Shown: one piece after another, positions 41,407 through 53,359 of the stretch
How positions within the stretch are numbered: the stretch's first letter is position 1
Layout: each line of letters begins with the position of its first letter
From: Gemmatimonadota bacterium
GTDB lineage: Bacteria; Gemmatimonadota; Gemmatimonadetes; Palauibacterales; Palauibacteraceae
NCBI GenBank assembly: GCA_965116475.1
Contig: OZ220691.1
Location: 3,296,001-3,360,000 of the forward strand
DNA length: 64,000 nucleotides
Direction of reading: 5' to 3'
Position numbers and translations under genes: made by a program
The notes under the pieces: generated by a model
What the model was told of the DNA's origin: nothing
The model's database searches: none
Seen by the model: only the letters and a program-made list of their open reading frames with translations

Positions 41407-44400
41407 GTGTCCGAAGGCCGAAGCAAGCGCGTCGCACAGATTCGGGAGGCGCTCGAACGGCGCATCCTCCTGATGGACGGCGGCTCGGGAACGATGATCC
41501 AGCGGCTGGGCCTCGATGAGGCGGCCTATCGCGCGGGTCCGCTCGCGGATCATCCGCAGCCCCTGTCCGGGAACCACGATGTGCTGTGCCTCACCCGCCC
41601 GCGCGAGATCGCGTCCCTCTACCGCTCCTACCTGGAGGCGGGGGCCGACTTCATCACGACGAACACGTTCAACGCCCAGGCCATCTCCCAGGCGGACTAC
41701 GGCATCTCCGCCGAGGCGGGTAACGCCCACCTCATCCACGACATCAACGCCGCGGCGGCACGGCTCGCCCGGCACGAGGCCGACGAGGTGACGCGGGCGG
41801 ATCCCTCGCGGCCGCGCTTCGTGCTCGGGAGCATGGGGCCGACCAACCGGACGGCCTCTCTGTCGCCGGACGTCGAGAACCCCGCGTTTCGCGCCGTTTC
41901 CTTCGATGAACTCGCGCGCGCGTATCGGCAGCAGGCGGAGGGACTCGTCGAGGGCGGCGCCGACGTGCTGCTCATCGAGACCGTGTTCGACACGCTCAAC
42001 GCGAAGGCGGCGATCTTCGCCATCCTCGAACTCGAGGAGGATCTCGGCGAGCCGCTGCCGGTCGCGGTCTCCGGCACGATCACCGACCTCTCCGGGCGCA
42101 CGCTGTCGGGTCAGACCGTGGAGGCGTTCTGGCTCTCGGTTCAGCATGCGGACCCCCTCTTCGTCGGTCTCAACTGCGCGCTCGGCGCCGAGGAACTCGA
42201 GCCCTACGTGGCGGAACTCTCCGCCGTGGCCGATGTCCCCGTGAGCTGCCACCCCAACGCGGGCCTCCCGAACGAGTTCGGGGGTTACGACGACACGCCC
42301 GCCCACATGTCCGACCTGCTGGGGGACTTCGCGGACCGTAGGCTCCTGAATCTCGTCGGCGGCTGCTGCGGAACGGAGCCCGACCACATCCGGGCCATCG
42401 CGGAGCGCATGGAAGGCGTGCCGCCGCGACAGGTTTCCGCGATCGAGCCGCTGCCCCGGTTCGCGGGCATCGAGCCGCTCGCGATCCGGCCGGACACGCT
42501 GTTCGTGAACATCGGCGAGCGCACGAACGTCACGGGCTCGGCCCGCTTCGCGCGTCTGATCCGGGAGGATGATTTCGACACGGCGGTCGAGGTCGCGCGC
42601 GACCAGGTCGCGAACGGGGCGCAGCTTCTCGACGTGAACATGGACGAAGGCCTCCTCGACTCCGAGGCCGCCATGACCCGTTTCCTGAACCTGATCGCGG
42701 CGGAACCCGACATCGCCCGCGTCCCGACCGTCATCGACTCGTCACGCTGGGAAGTCATCGAGGCGGGGCTGAAGTGTACGCAGGGGAGGGCCGTCGTGAA
42801 CTCGATCTCCCTCAAGGAGGGGGAGGAGGCGTTTCTCGCGCAGGCGGCCCTCATCCGCCGCTACGGCGCCGGCGTCATCGTCATGGCCTTCGACGAGCGG
42901 GGGCAGGCGGACACGGTGGACCGCAAGCTCGAGATCTGCGCCCGCGCCTACCGCCTCCTGCTCGGCGCCGGCTTCCGGCCCGGAGAGATCATCTTCGATC
43001 CCAACGTCTTCGCCGTGGGGACGGGAATCGCGGAACACGACGGGTACGGGGTCGCCTTCATCGAGGCCGTGCGCCGGATCAAGCGCGAACTCCCCGGCGC
43101 GATGACGAGCGGCGGGATCAGCAACATCTCCTTCTCCTATCGGGGTAATGACGCCGTGCGGGAGGCGATGCACACGGCCTTCCTGTACCACGCGATCGCG
43201 GCCGGACTCGACATGGGGATCGTGAACGCGGGGCGGCTGCCGCTCTACGACGACATCGACCCGGAACTGCTGGAAGCGGTGGAGGATGTCCTGCTCGCCC
43301 GCCGGCCCGACGCGACGGAGCGGCTGACGGACCTGGCGGGCCGGATCCGGGACGAGGGGATCGAGACGCGGGTGGACGATGCGTGGCGCTCGGAGGGCGT
43401 CGAGGCGCGGCTCGAGCACGCGCTCGTGGAAGGGATCGTCGAGCACATCGAGGAAGACGCCGAGGAGGCCCGGCTCCTGTACGGCAGGGCGCTCGAGGTC
43501 ATCGAGGGCCCGCTCATGGCCGGCATGAACCGGGTCGGCGATCTGTTCGGGAGCGGGCGCATGTTCCTGCCGCAGGTCGTGAAGTCGGCGCGCGTGATGA
43601 AGCGGGCCGTCGCCTTCCTCGTCCCCCACCTGGAGGCCGAGAAGGCGGAGAAGGCAGAGGGAAACGCGGCGGGAAAGGCCGCGGGGAAGGGGACGATTCT
43701 CCTCGCGACCGTGAAGGGGGATGTCCACGACATCGGGAAGAACATCGTCGGCGTCGTGCTGCAGTGTAACGGCTACGACACCGTGGACCTCGGCGTCATG
43801 GTGCCCCCGGACCGCATCCTCGCGGAGGCCCGGGCCCACGGCGCCGACGCGATCGGGCTCAGCGGCCTGATCACGCCGTCGCTGGACGAGATGGTGCGCG
43901 TGGCGAGCGAGATGGAACGGCAGGCGTTCGAGGTGCCGCTGCTCATCGGGGGCGCGACGACATCGCGCAAGCACACGGCGGTCAAGATCGAGGAACGGTA
44001 CTCGGGGGCGACCGTGCACGTGCTCGATGCCTCGCGCGCGGTCGGGGTCGTGGGGAAGCTCCTCGGCGACGACGGCGGGGCGGACTTCGTGGAGCGGACG
44101 CGCGCCGAGTACCGGCGCGTGCGCGAGGAGTACCGGGGCGGGAGGCGCCCGCTCGCGACGCTGGAGAAGGCGCGGGCGAACCGGCTCGGGATCGACGCGA
44201 CCTTGCCGGTGCCGGCCCCGCGTCGACCCGGCGTGCACGTGTACGATCCGTTCCCGCTGGAAGACCTGGTCGATTACATTGACTGGACGCCCTTCTTCCG
44301 GACCTGGGAGATGAAGGGACGCTTCCCCCAGTTGCTCGATCATCCGGAGCGGGGGAAAGCGGCCCGGTCCCTGTACGACGATGCCCGCGGGCTGCTCGAA

Positions 44401-45195
44401 GAGATCATCCGCGACGGATCTCTGACGGCCCGCGCGATCGCGGGACTGTATCCGGCGAACGCGCGCGGGGACGACATCGTCCTCTTCGCGCCGGGGGCTG
44501 GGGCGCCGGAGGCTGGGGCGCCGGAGGCTGGGGCGTCGGAGGCTGAGCGTCGCGAGTTGCTGCGCGTGCCCCACCTCCGCCAGCAGATGGACCGTTCCTC
44601 GGGCGCGAACGTCAGTCTGGCCGACTTCGTCCTGCCCGAGGCGGCGGGCGCCACCGACTGGAGCGGCGCCTTCGCCGTGACGGCCGGGATCGGCCTGGAA
44701 GCGCTCTGCGCCCGCTTCGAGGCCGCCGTCGACGACTACCGGAGCCTGCTCGCGAAGTCGCTCGCCGACCGGCTGGCGGAGGCCCTGGCCGAGCGCCTGC
44801 ACGAGATCGTCCGCACCGACCTGTGGGGCTATGCGCCCGACGAGGCGCTCGACAACGACGCGCGGATCGCCGAGCGCTACGCCGGGATCCGTCCGGCGCC
44901 CGGCTATCCGGCGTGTCCCGACCACTCGCAGAAGGCGCTCCTCTTCGACCTGCTCGACGTCGAGCGTCGTCTCGGCATCCGCCTCACGGAGAACTACGCC
45001 ATGCATCCCGCCGCGTCGGTGTCCGGCTGGTACTTCGCGCGGCCGGAAGCCCGCTACTTCGGTCTGGGGCGGATCGGACTCGACCAGGTGGAGGACTACG
45101 CCGCGCGCAGCGGAATCTCCCTCGCCGCGGCGGAGCGCCGCCTCTCGCCCAACCTGGGATACGACCCGGATCCGGTGCTGGAGGCGACGGCGTGA
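41407..45195 (+). CDS. metH: Cobalamin-dependent methionine synthase
   Basis: [32 protein letters not shown]12 motif, [17 protein letters not shown] 41407 after GGGGTG (or 41398). Confidence 0.97.
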   Translation: MSEGRSKRVAQIREALERRILLMDGGSGTMIQRLGLDEAAYRAGPLADHPQPLSGNHDVLCLTRPREIASLYRSYLEAGADFITTNTFNAQAISQADYGISAEAGNAHLIHDINAAAARLARHEADEVTRADPSRPRFVLGSMGPTNRTASLSPDVENPAFRAVSFDELARAYRQQAEGLVEGGADVLLIETVFDTLNAKAAIFAILELEEDLGEPLPVAVSGTITDLSGRTLSGQTVEAFWLSVQHADPLFVGLNCALGAEELEPYVAELSAVADVPVSCHPNAGLPNEFGGYDDTPAHMSDLLGDFADRRLLNLVGGCCGTEPDHIRAIAERMEGVPPRQVSAIEPLPRFAGIEPLAIRPDTLFVNIGERTNVTGSARFARLIREDDFDTAVEVARDQVANGAQLLDVNMDEGLLDSEAAMTRFLNLIAAEPDIARVPTVIDSSRWEVIEAGLKCTQGRAVVNSISLKEGEEAFLAQAALIRRYGAGVIVMAFDERGQADTVDRKLEICARAYRLLLGAGFRPGEIIFDPNVFAVGTGIAEHDGYGVAFIEAVRRIKRELPGAMTSGGISNISFSYRGNDAVREAMHTAFLYHAIAAGLDMGIVNAGRLPLYDDIDPELLEAVEDVLLARRPDATERLTDLAGRIRDEGIETRVDDAWRSEGVEARLEHALVEGIVEHIEEDAEEARLLYGRALEVIEGPLMAGMNRVGDLFGSGRMFLPQVVKSARVMKRAVAFLVPHLEAEKAEKAEGNAAGKAAGKGTILLATVKGDVHDIGKNIVGVVLQCNGYDTVDLGVMVPPDRILAEARAHGADAIGLSGLITPSLDEMVRVASEMERQAFEVPLLIGGATTSRKHTAVKIEERYSGATVHVLDASRAVGVVGKLLGDDGGADFVERTRAEYRRVREEYRGGRRPLATLEKARANRLGIDATLPVPAPRRPGVHVYDPFPLEDLVDYIDWTPFFRTWEMKGRFPQLLDHPERGKAARSLYDDARGLLEEIIRDGSLTARAIAGLYPANARGDDIVLFAPGAGAPEAGAPEAGASEAERRELLRVPHLRQQMDRSSGANVSLADFVLPEAAGATDWSGAFAVTAGIGLEALCARFEAAVDDYRSLLAKSLADRLAEALAERLHEIVRTDLWGYAPDEALDNDARIAERYAGIRPAPGYPACPDHSQKALLFDLLDVERRLGIRLTENYAMHPAASVSGWYFARPEARYFGLGRIGLDQVEDYAARSGISLAAAERRLSPNLGYDPDPVLEATA
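44488..44547 (+). repeat. In-frame 15-bp tandem repeat x4 in metH
   Basis: GCGCCGGAGGCTGGG-like units encoding [20 protein letters not shown]. Confidence 0.9.
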
Positions 45196-47036
45196 GCGCG
45201 CGGCTGCGGGAGTGGATCGAGGGGGACGGCATCCACCTCATCGATGGCGCCATGGGGACGGTGCTGTACGAGAGCGGCGTGTTCGTGAACCAGTGCTACG
45301 ACGAACTGAACCTCACGGAGCCCGACCGGGTGCTGGGCGTCCACGCCGACTATGTGCGGGCGGGGGCGCAACTCATCGAGACCAACACCTTCGGCGCGAA
45401 CCCCGTCAAGCTCGAGCCGTTCGGCCTCGAACCCTCCGTTCACGAGATCAACGTGGCGGCCGCGCGCCTGGCCCGGCAGGCCGCCGGCGGGCGCGCCGAG
45501 GTGCTCGGGGCCATGGGCCCGCTCGGCATCCGCATCGAACCCTGGGGCCCCACGTCGGTGGACGAGGCCGCGGACCTCTTCGGGCGACAGGTCGCCGGGC
45601 TCGCCGAAGGCGGCGTCGACGGCTTCATGCTCGAGACCTTCTCCGATCTCGACGAGCTGCTGCAGGCGGTGCGGGCGGTGCGGAGGGTCGCGGGGGAGGC
45701 GCCGGTCTTCGCGCAGATGACGTTCGGAGACGCGGGCCACACGGAGTACGGGGCCACGATCGAGGCCGCGGCGGCGGCGCTGGAGCGGGCGGGGGCGGAC
45801 GTCATCGGCCTCAACTGCTCGGTCGGCCCGTCCTCCATGCTGTTCGGTGTCGAGCGCATGGTGGCGGCCACGTCGCGGCCGGTGTCCGCGCTGCCCAACG
45901 CGGGGTTGCCGCGCGACATCGGCGACCGGAAGATCTATCTCGCGAGTCCGGAGTACATGGCCCGGTACGCCCGGCGCATGGCGGCGGCGGGCGCCCGCTT
46001 CCTGGGCGGGTGCTGCGGCACGTCGCCCGACCACACGCGCCTGACGGCGAACCTGCTCGGAACCGACGGCCCCGGGCCCGCCCGCGTGTCTGTCTCTGTC
46101 CCGGGCGAGACCGACGGCCGCGCGGCGACCGAGCCGCCGCCGCTGGCGGGCCGCTCGGAGCTCGGGCGGCGCCTCGCGCGCGGCGAGTTCGTCGGCGCGG
46201 TGGAGTTGACGCCGCCGCACGGGTGGGACCCCGGCGAACTGCTGGCGGGGGCCGGCCGCCTCCACGACGCCGGCGTGCACACGGTCCACATCGTCGACGG
46301 CCCCGCGCACCGGAGCCGCATCGCCTCGCTCCCGGCCGCGATCGTCATCGAACGCGAACTCGGCATGGAAGCGGTCCCGCACTACAGCTGTCGCGACCGC
46401 AACATGCTCGGCATGCTGAGCGACCTCCTCGGCGCCGCCGCGGCCGGCCTGCGCAACGTCTTCCTCATCACCGGAGATCCGCCGCGCGGCGGCCCCTACG
46501 ACACCGGCGGCGTGTACGACATCGACAGCATCGGACTCACCAACGTCGTCCAGCAGCTCAACCTCGGTCTCGACCCGGGGGGAAGCTCGATCGGCGCGCC
46601 GACCTCGTTCGTGAAGGGCGTCGCCGCGAATCCCGGCGCCGTCGATCCGGAGGAGGAGATCCGGCGCTTCGCCTGGAAGGCCGAGGCGGGCGCGGATTTC
46701 GCCGTCACGCAGCCCATCTTCGACCCGGAGAAGTTCCTCGCCTTCGCACGCGAGGTCGAGGACTTCGGCGTGCCGCTCCTCGTGGGCCTGTGGCCCCCGC
46801 TGTCACTGGAGAACGCGGAGTTCCTGGCGCACGAGGTGCCCGGCGTCGACGTGCCGCTCGAGGTGCTGGAGCGAATGGCGCGCGCCCGGCCGCGTGGCGC
46901 CGCAGCGGCCGCGCGGGAGGGGGTCGCCGTGGCTCGCGAGGTACTGGAAGCCGTGCGGCCCCGCATCGCGGGTGCCCTGGTCAGCACGCCCGGAAACGAT
47001 GTCGACCGCGCCGCCGCGGTGCTACGCGATCCCTGA
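45192..47036 (+). CDS. yitJ: Bifunctional homocysteine S-methyltransferase / methylenetetrahydrofolate reductase
   Basis: [51 protein letters not shown] overlap with metH. Confidence 0.92.
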   Translation: MSARLREWIEGDGIHLIDGAMGTVLYESGVFVNQCYDELNLTEPDRVLGVHADYVRAGAQLIETNTFGANPVKLEPFGLEPSVHEINVAAARLARQAAGGRAEVLGAMGPLGIRIEPWGPTSVDEAADLFGRQVAGLAEGGVDGFMLETFSDLDELLQAVRAVRRVAGEAPVFAQMTFGDAGHTEYGATIEAAAAALERAGADVIGLNCSVGPSSMLFGVERMVAATSRPVSALPNAGLPRDIGDRKIYLASPEYMARYARRMAAAGARFLGGCCGTSPDHTRLTANLLGTDGPGPARVSVSVPGETDGRAATEPPPLAGRSELGRRLARGEFVGAVELTPPHGWDPGELLAGAGRLHDAGVHTVHIVDGPAHRSRIASLPAAIVIERELGMEAVPHYSCRDRNMLGMLSDLLGAAAAGLRNVFLITGDPPRGGPYDTGGVYDIDSIGLTNVVQQLNLGLDPGGSSIGAPTSFVKGVAANPGAVDPEEEIRRFAWKAEAGADFAVTQPIFDPEKFLAFAREVEDFGVPLLVGLWPPLSLENAEFLAHEVPGVDVPLEVLERMARARPRGAAAAAREGVAVAREVLEAVRPRIAGALVSTPGNDVDRAAAVLRDP

Positions 47037-47039
47037 TTA

Positions 47040-49334
47040 TCAGCCGCTGAGGTTGGCCAGCTTCGCGCGCGCGTCGCGGACGGGTTCGAACGCTTCGTCG
47101 GCGGGTTCCCAGGCAGAGAGGGCGCTCCTCACGTGGTCCACCGCCCCCGACATGTCGCCGCGCGCCTCAAGGACGCGCGCCATCTCCAAGTGGGCGCGCG
47201 GATCCGCGGGACGCAGGCGAAGTGCTTCCCTCAGCTCCGCTTCGGCTTCCTCGAGCCGCCCCGCCTTTCGGAGCGCGGATCCGGCCTGGCGGTGCATGTT
47301 CCGGTCGCCATCCAGGGCCATCGATTCCCGGTAGTTGAGGACGGCCGATTCGTAGTCGCCGGCGAGTTCGTCGATCCGGCCCAGATCGCCGATCAGCCTG
47401 GCGCGCTGCACCCCGATGTCCAGGGTCTCCATCGCCTCGAGAGCGGCGTCGTAGGCGACCCGGGCCCGGTTCACGTCTTCCGCGCCGAGCGCGACGTGAA
47501 TCCTGGAGTGGGGGATCGAGAAGTCGGCGAGGGGCGGCTGAAGCGTGGCTGCCAGTTCCTCGAACAGAGCCTCGGCGTCGTCCTGCCGCCCGGCTTCCAC
47601 GTAGAGGTCGACGAGTTCCAACCGATCCTCCGCCATCAGCGCGGGCGTCGTCACGGCACCGAGCGCCTCGAACCCGGCGACCGCCGTCCGGATCGCGTCT
47701 TCCATCTGCCCGCGGAAGCGGTAGTACGCGACCATCCCCTCCAGCGCCTCGGCCCGTTGCAGCGCGCTGCGCGCCAGGTCGAGCGCCCGCTCGTGTCCCG
47801 CCAGGGCCTCATCAAACCGCCCCACAACGAGATCGAGCGACGCGAGTTGACTCGCCAGTTCCGGTCGGACCGGTTCGATGATGATCGCCCGCTCCAGGTA
47901 TTCCCGAGCGGCATCGTGCGCCCCCCGACGCCGCTCGAGCCCGGCCAGGGCCACGTAGCCCGTGTGATCCTCCGGGAACCGTTCCAAGTATCGCGCGAGC
48001 GTCTCCCGCGCCTCGTCCTGCCTACCGAGTTCGAGTTGAGCGTCGGCGATCTGTCTGAGAAGCGAGTGCTCGGCGGGGCTCACTCGGTACAGCCTTTCCA
48101 GCGTCCGGATCAGCCCCTCGAGGTCGCCGCGCAGCAGTTGAACAAAGCTGTAGTTGCGGAGTGCGCTTGGATCTTCCGGATGAAGTTCGACCCACATCTC
48201 GACGACAGCCCACGCCTTCTCCGGCTGCTGCGTGAGGAAGTAGTAGTCAGATTTCACGGGGAAGTGGAAGCGTTCCGGAAGTCGGTACAGGTGGTCGACG
48301 GCCGCCTGGATCGCGGGAGCAGCCTCTGCGGGACGGTTGCTGGCCAGCAGCATGGCGGCGAGCTGGTGCTGAGCCAGCGTGAACGTCGGATCGAGTTCGG
48401 TCGCGGCGCGCACTTCCTCGATCGCGGCTCCCAGGTCCGGCGGCTCCACGAGTACCGCCGCCGTGCCTCGCCCATAGGCTTCCCATGCGGCGTCGGTCGC
48501 GGTCAGCCGCTCACGCACGGGGAGGTCTTCGACGCCGTCCCGATCCGGAATACCGAGACCCTCGGCGAGCGCGACGGACATCTCGTCGACGAGCGCCAGG
48601 ATATCCGGCCCCTGGTGCACCGTCTCGCTGATCTGCGCGCCGCTCCCCGTCTCGTGCAGGGTCAGCGTGATGCGGTAGCCTCCTTCGCCGCGCTCGATCC
48701 CGCCGCCGGCGATGAAGGCCGCGTACACCTCCTCCGAGACCTCGCGCTTGAGCGCCAGCGGTACGTCGAGCAGGCTGGGGAAGCCGCGTTCCCACAGGCG
48801 CGTGGCGAAAAGGGCGGCGGGAATCGGTTCGAAGAACTCGTCCGCGCTCAGGTCTACCTGCATGGCCATGGGGGCCATATAGGCGAGCCATGTTTCGGCC
48901 TCGTCCAGCCCGGGGCCGGTATCGAAGGGGAAGATGGCCGTCCGCTTCCGAAACTCGGCCTTCGGCATGACGCGCTCGAGGGTCTCTCCCTCCTCCGTCT
49001 CGACGGTCACGGACGTGGTCGCCGCCCCGAGGTCCCGTCCCCCGAAGACGAGCACGAGGACGACGAGCGCGACTGCCAGATTGGCGGGGATCCCGATCTT
49101 CTCGAGCAGCGGAACCTCGTTCCGCCCCTGCCGGCCGTGGAACCAGGCGAGCAGGAGCACGCTCGGGAAGAGGAGCAGCACCAGGAGCAGCGCCACGCGC
49201 GTCCAGTGCGGCGAGAGGAGGAATTCGTCGACCAGGAAGTTGACGACCTCCACGAATCCCCACGAGGCACCGGCGTAGATGGCGAGCACATGGGGAACGC
49301 GACGTTCGAAGAGGTCCTTCGCCAGACCCACCAT
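47040..49334 (-). CDS. Membrane-anchored tetratricopeptide-repeat protein
   Basis: ERRVPHVLAIY + 3 TMs, TolB_N-like domain, multiple TPR-like helices. Confidence 0.85.
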   Translation of the reverse strand: MVGLAKDLFERRVPHVLAIYAGASWGFVEVVNFLVDEFLLSPHWTRVALLLVLLLFPSVLLLAWFHGRQGRNEVPLLEKIGIPANLAVALVVLVLVFGGRDLGAATTSVTVETEEGETLERVMPKAEFRKRTAIFPFDTGPGLDEAETWLAYMAPMAMQVDLSADEFFEPIPAALFATRLWERGFPSLLDVPLALKREVSEEVYAAFIAGGGIERGEGGYRITLTLHETGSGAQISETVHQGPDILALVDEMSVALAEGLGIPDRDGVEDLPVRERLTATDAAWEAYGRGTAAVLVEPPDLGAAIEEVRAATELDPTFTLAQHQLAAMLLASNRPAEAAPAIQAAVDHLYRLPERFHFPVKSDYYFLTQQPEKAWAVVEMWVELHPEDPSALRNYSFVQLLRGDLEGLIRTLERLYRVSPAEHSLLRQIADAQLELGRQDEARETLARYLERFPEDHTGYVALAGLERRRGAHDAAREYLERAIIIEPVRPELASQLASLDLVVGRFDEALAGHERALDLARSALQRAEALEGMVAYYRFRGQMEDAIRTAVAGFEALGAVTTPALMAEDRLELVDLYVEAGRQDDAEALFEELAATLQPPLADFSIPHSRIHVALGAEDVNRARVAYDAALEAMETLDIGVQRARLIGDLGRIDELAGDYESAVLNYRESMALDGDRNMHRQAGSALRKAGRLEEAEAELREALRLRPADPRAHLEMARVLEARGDMSGAVDHVRSALSAWEPADEAFEPVRDARAKLANLSG

Positions 49335-49541
49335 GGACAGTCTCCTCGCGGAGGATACTCGGCCGGGAGCTGCCGTCCGAGGTTCTGCAGTTTGTGTACT
49401 CGATCGGTGGCACGCAAACTTGCGGCGCCCCCGACCTTCGGAGGCCTCGGTATGCCCTGCGGTTGGACAGGGGAACGGAATGGATATGCTGCCTGAAGTA
49501 CGTCCGCTGGCGGCGCGCCGCGTGCCCGGGCTGGCGGCGTC

Positions 49542-50933
49542 GTGAACCGGCCGTCGCTTCAAGAGATCGCGGCGCAGGTGCGGCGCGGCGAAGGGTGCGC
49601 GGGCCGCGAGGCGGACGACGCGATCCGTCGCCACGAGGCCAGCGATCTGGGCGCGTACGTCGCGTTCGACGCCGACGGGCTGATGCGGCAAGCGGACGCC
49701 ATCGACAGCGCCGCCGGCCGCGGCGAGGATCCGGGCCCTCTCGCCGGCGTCACGGTCTCCGTCAAGGACCTCTACGCGCTCGACGGAACCCCGCTGTACG
49801 CCGGCACGAAGCGGGCGCTCCCCGCTTGGCCCGAAGGGTTCCTCGTGAGGTCGCTGCGCCGGCTGGGGGCGGTATTCACCGGCAAGACCCACACGGTGGA
49901 GTTCGCCTTCGGCGCCGTGGGTCTCAACCCCAACACGGGGACGCCCGTCAATCCGTGGGACCCGGCCGAGCACCGGGCCCCCGGAGGCTCATCCGCCGGT
50001 GCCGGCGTGAGCCTATGGGAGGGTTCGGCGCGCATCGCCCTCGGCTCCGACACGGGTGGCTCCATCCGCATCCCAGCCTCGGCCACCGGCGTGGTCGGCA
50101 TGCGGCCGACGACCGGCCGGTGGCCGACCACGGGCGTCGTCCCCCTCAGCACGACGCTCGACACGGTCGGGTTGCTCACCCATACCGTGGAGGACCTTCG
50201 GCATGCCTTCCTCGCCCTCGACCCTCCGGCGAAATCCGACCGCGAGCCCGTGAGATCCCTGCCCGAGGGGATATCCGGACTACGGATCGGAGTCCCGGCA
50301 TCCCGGCTGTGGACCGACGCGGAGCCCGACATCGCGTCCGTCGTTCAGGGCGCGCTCGCCGAGCTCGAGGCCGCCGGTGCGACGCTCCTCGACGTCGACG
50401 TGCCCGAACTCGACGAAGCAGGGGAGCGCTACTTCGACGGCCGGATCGTGCAGCCGGAGTTCCTGGGGTTTCTGGAACGTGAACTGCCGGAGTGGATTCC
50501 GTTGCTGCACTCGATCATCGGCAAGCGGCTGGAGGCGGCGCGCGACGTGCGGGCGGTCGACTATCTGGCCGCCCTTGCCGCGCGCCGCCGCCTGTCGGCA
50601 CGGGCCCACGCCCGACTGACCGCGGGACGCGTGGACCTCCTGGCGACGCCCACCCTGCCGGTCGCCCCGCCGCCGCTGGCCGCCCTCGCCCGGCTCCATG
50701 CCTACCGGAAGGCCAACCGCGCCATGCTCTCCGGCACGTGCCCGGCCAGCATGCTCGACATGTGCGCGATCTCGCTCCCCGCCGGGCTGGACGGAGAAGG
50801 CATGCCCGTCGGCCTGCAGTTGATGGGACCCTCCGGCGCGGATCTCGAACTCCTGGCCCGAGCGGCCGCCGTGGAAACAGTCCTCGGGACGAACCGAACG
50901 CGGCTGGGAACGCCGCCGAGGCTCGCCCGATAA
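49542..50933 (+). CDS. Amidase signature family protein
   Basis: SVKDL, PGGSSAG, GSDTGGSIRIPAS, PVGLQL. Confidence 0.93.
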   Translation: MNRPSLQEIAAQVRRGEGCAGREADDAIRRHEASDLGAYVAFDADGLMRQADAIDSAAGRGEDPGPLAGVTVSVKDLYALDGTPLYAGTKRALPAWPEGFLVRSLRRLGAVFTGKTHTVEFAFGAVGLNPNTGTPVNPWDPAEHRAPGGSSAGAGVSLWEGSARIALGSDTGGSIRIPASATGVVGMRPTTGRWPTTGVVPLSTTLDTVGLLTHTVEDLRHAFLALDPPAKSDREPVRSLPEGISGLRIGVPASRLWTDAEPDIASVVQGALAELEAAGATLLDVDVPELDEAGERYFDGRIVQPEFLGFLERELPEWIPLLHSIIGKRLEAARDVRAVDYLAALAARRRLSARAHARLTAGRVDLLATPTLPVAPPPLAALARLHAYRKANRAMLSGTCPASMLDMCAISLPAGLDGEGMPVGLQLMGPSGADLELLARAAAVETVLGTNRTRLGTPPRLAR

Positions 50934-50943
50934 CGAGCCGGGC

Positions 50944-51792
50944 CTATTGGGCGTGGAGTGGCGGCGCCTTGGGGTAGGACCCCAGGATCTTGAAGGACAA
51001 CGCGCGCTCCCTGATTCGGTCCAGAGCTTCCGCTACGAAGGGGTCGGTGCGGTGCCCCTCGAAATCGATGAGGAAGATGTACCGTCCGAGGCTGCTCTTC
51101 TCGGGGCGCGATTCGATCTTCAGCATGTTGATCCGCCGGTTCGCCAGCTCGCCGAGCGCCTGGTAGAGCGTGCCCGGACCGTCCGTCGCGAAGTCGAAGC
51201 AGATCGAGGTCTTGTCCCTCCCCGTCGGCGCGTGGTCCCTGGGCGCGAGCACGACGAAACGGGTGCTGTTCCCCGGGACGTCCTCGATGTGATCTTCGCG
51301 CACGAAGGCGTAGCGAACCCTGGCCGCCCACGCGCTCGATATGGCCGCCGTCCCCGGGCCGAAGACCCGCATGTCCTCCAGGGCCCTCACCGTGCTCAGC
51401 GAGGCCACGGTTTCCGCCTTCGGGAGTCTGCGCGCCAGATAGTCCCGGCACTGGGCGAGCGCCTGCGGGTGGGAGTAGACGACCCGTATTTCGTCGAAAT
51501 CGACGCCGCCCTCCGTCACCAGACTGTGGTGTATCGGAAGGATGACTTCATGCCGGATCCGGAGGTCCGTCCGGTGGACGAGGATGTCGGTCGTCAGCGT
51601 GACGGGGCCCTCCGTGCTGTTCTCCAGCGGGACGAGCGCCTCGTCGACCTTCTCCTCCTCCGCCGCGCGCACGACGCTCTCGATGTCCCCGAACGGCACG
51701 AGTTTCGCCCTCGGATCGTAACTCCGCACCGCCTGCTCGCTGAACGTCCCGGGAGGGCCGAGGTAGCCGACCCTGGTCCGTCCGCTCCCCAT
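50944..51792 (-). CDS. pheA: Prephenate dehydratase (PDT-ACT)
   Basis: YLGPPGTFS, ENSTEG, SHPQALAQC, NSTRF, KIESRP, LGSYP; start approximate. Confidence 0.93.
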   Translation of the reverse strand: MGSGRTRVGYLGPPGTFSEQAVRSYDPRAKLVPFGDIESVVRAAEEEKVDEALVPLENSTEGPVTLTTDILVHRTDLRIRHEVILPIHHSLVTEGGVDFDEIRVVYSHPQALAQCRDYLARRLPKAETVASLSTVRALEDMRVFGPGTAAISSAWAARVRYAFVREDHIEDVPGNSTRFVVLAPRDHAPTGRDKTSICFDFATDGPGTLYQALGELANRRINMLKIESRPEKSSLGRYIFLIDFEGHRTDPFVAEALDRIRERALSFKILGSYPKAPPLHAQ

Positions 51793-51966
51793 CCCCCACG
51801 TCCACTCCGCAAACTTCCGCGCACTACTCCGCATCGCGTTCATTCGGCAAAGTACTCCGTCTGCACGCGTCGCGCGCCGCGAGGGTCGCGGAACTTCCGG
51901 TCCTCGCGGGACGTACGTCAAGACAACGGCTTTGACCCTGACCGCTCAGCTATTGGGATCCATGAC

Positions 51967-53193
51967 ATGATCTTGCGACCTGAACGGCTGCTGCTGACGC
52001 TCGGCGTGCTGGCGGCGGCTTGCGGTAAGGAGAACGCCGGCTCCAGCGCCACGTTGGTCGTCGATAGCGCCGGGGTCGCCATCGTGACGAACGATGCGCT
52101 GTATTCGAACCGGAGCTGCACGGTCAGCGACGAGCCGAGCTTCGCCGTGGGGGAGGTCTCCGGCGATGACCGGTATGAATTCTATGGTATTCGCGGTCTG
52201 GTACGACTCTCTGACGGCTCCGTGGCGGTGGCCGACCGAACGACATCGAGCGTCCGCGTTTTCAGCGCGACGGGAGAGTATGTCCGCTCAATGGGACGAC
52301 AGGGCGAGGGTCCCGGCGAGTTCCGCGACCCGTTTCTCATGTGGGCCCTCCCGGGGGACACGATCTGGGTGGGCAACCTGCGGCCGTGGTACTTCAACGT
52401 ATTCACGGCCGGAGGCGAGTTCGTTCGGACCGTCCGAATAAGCCCGGCATACGCGAATCCAAGCCGGGGCGGCGGGGTGCTGTCCAACGGCTCCTCGATC
52501 AACGTGCGCGTCGAAGGGGGAGGGGAAGATTATCGCACGCCCCAGGATGTCTTCGTTGACGCCCACACGCGGGATGGGGGGCTCGTCAGTACTCTGATGA
52601 TTCTCGAAGGACGCCGCTACGGTCCTCCGAGCGGTCCGATCAATCTGGTTCTCGACCCCCTCTTCGAAGCCGCGCCGTCCGTCGATGCAGGCGGTACGAC
52701 GATCGCCGTGGCCAGCGGCCGCGAGCCGGAGGTGCGGCTGCTGAACGAGGAGTTTCGGTTGCGGCGGATCGTTCGCTGGCTTGACGACGACCGGGACGTA
52801 ACCGCCGCGCACGCGAGCGCTTGGCGAGAGGATTTTCTGGAACGGCGGCGGCGGGAAGGGAGGGAACCAAGCCCCATCGCCGATCTCATGGCGAGCGAGG
52901 ATCGTCCCGTCGCCAACCGCTTCCCCGCATCGAGCGGAGTAACCGTCGGGCGGGACGGCCGCGTCTGGGTCGGCCGCTACCCGAAGCCACGGGAGTCGGC
53001 CGGCTGGATCGTATTCGAGGGAGATGGCGAGTTTCTCTGCCATTTGGAGTCGGTTCCCGGCCTGGAGGTCTGGGAGTTCGGCGCCGATTACCTCCTCGGA
53101 ACCCGCGAAGACGCGCTCGGGGTGGAGTCCGTCGCGATCTTCCCGTTTCAGTCTCCGGACGATTCCGACGCGGGGATCCCCAACGAGGACTGA
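51967..53193 (+). CDS. 6-bladed beta-propeller (NHL-like) lipoprotein
   Basis: Lipobox LAAAC, DSAGVAIVTN, GRQGEGPGEF, GDTIWV, D.LGVE. Confidence 0.85.
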   Translation: MILRPERLLLTLGVLAAACGKENAGSSATLVVDSAGVAIVTNDALYSNRSCTVSDEPSFAVGEVSGDDRYEFYGIRGLVRLSDGSVAVADRTTSSVRVFSATGEYVRSMGRQGEGPGEFRDPFLMWALPGDTIWVGNLRPWYFNVFTAGGEFVRTVRISPAYANPSRGGGVLSNGSSINVRVEGGGEDYRTPQDVFVDAHTRDGGLVSTLMILEGRRYGPPSGPINLVLDPLFEAAPSVDAGGTTIAVASGREPEVRLLNEEFRLRRIVRWLDDDRDVTAAHASAWREDFLERRRREGREPSPIADLMASEDRPVANRFPASSGVTVGRDGRVWVGRYPKPRESAGWIVFEGDGEFLCHLESVPGLEVWEFGADYLLGTREDALGVESVAIFPFQSPDDSDAGIPNED

Positions 53194-53359
53194 CCATTCT
53201 TCCCGTCTCTGCGGAAGCTGTGGAGGGTGCCGAACCGGTCGGCGGCACGACTTGGGTGGGCAACCTGCGGCTGTGGTTGATCGTCTATGGGGCGATTGGG
53301 AGGGGAGTGGGTTCCCGTGAGGGGAGCGTGACTCGAACCGCAGGAAAGGTACCGTCACC

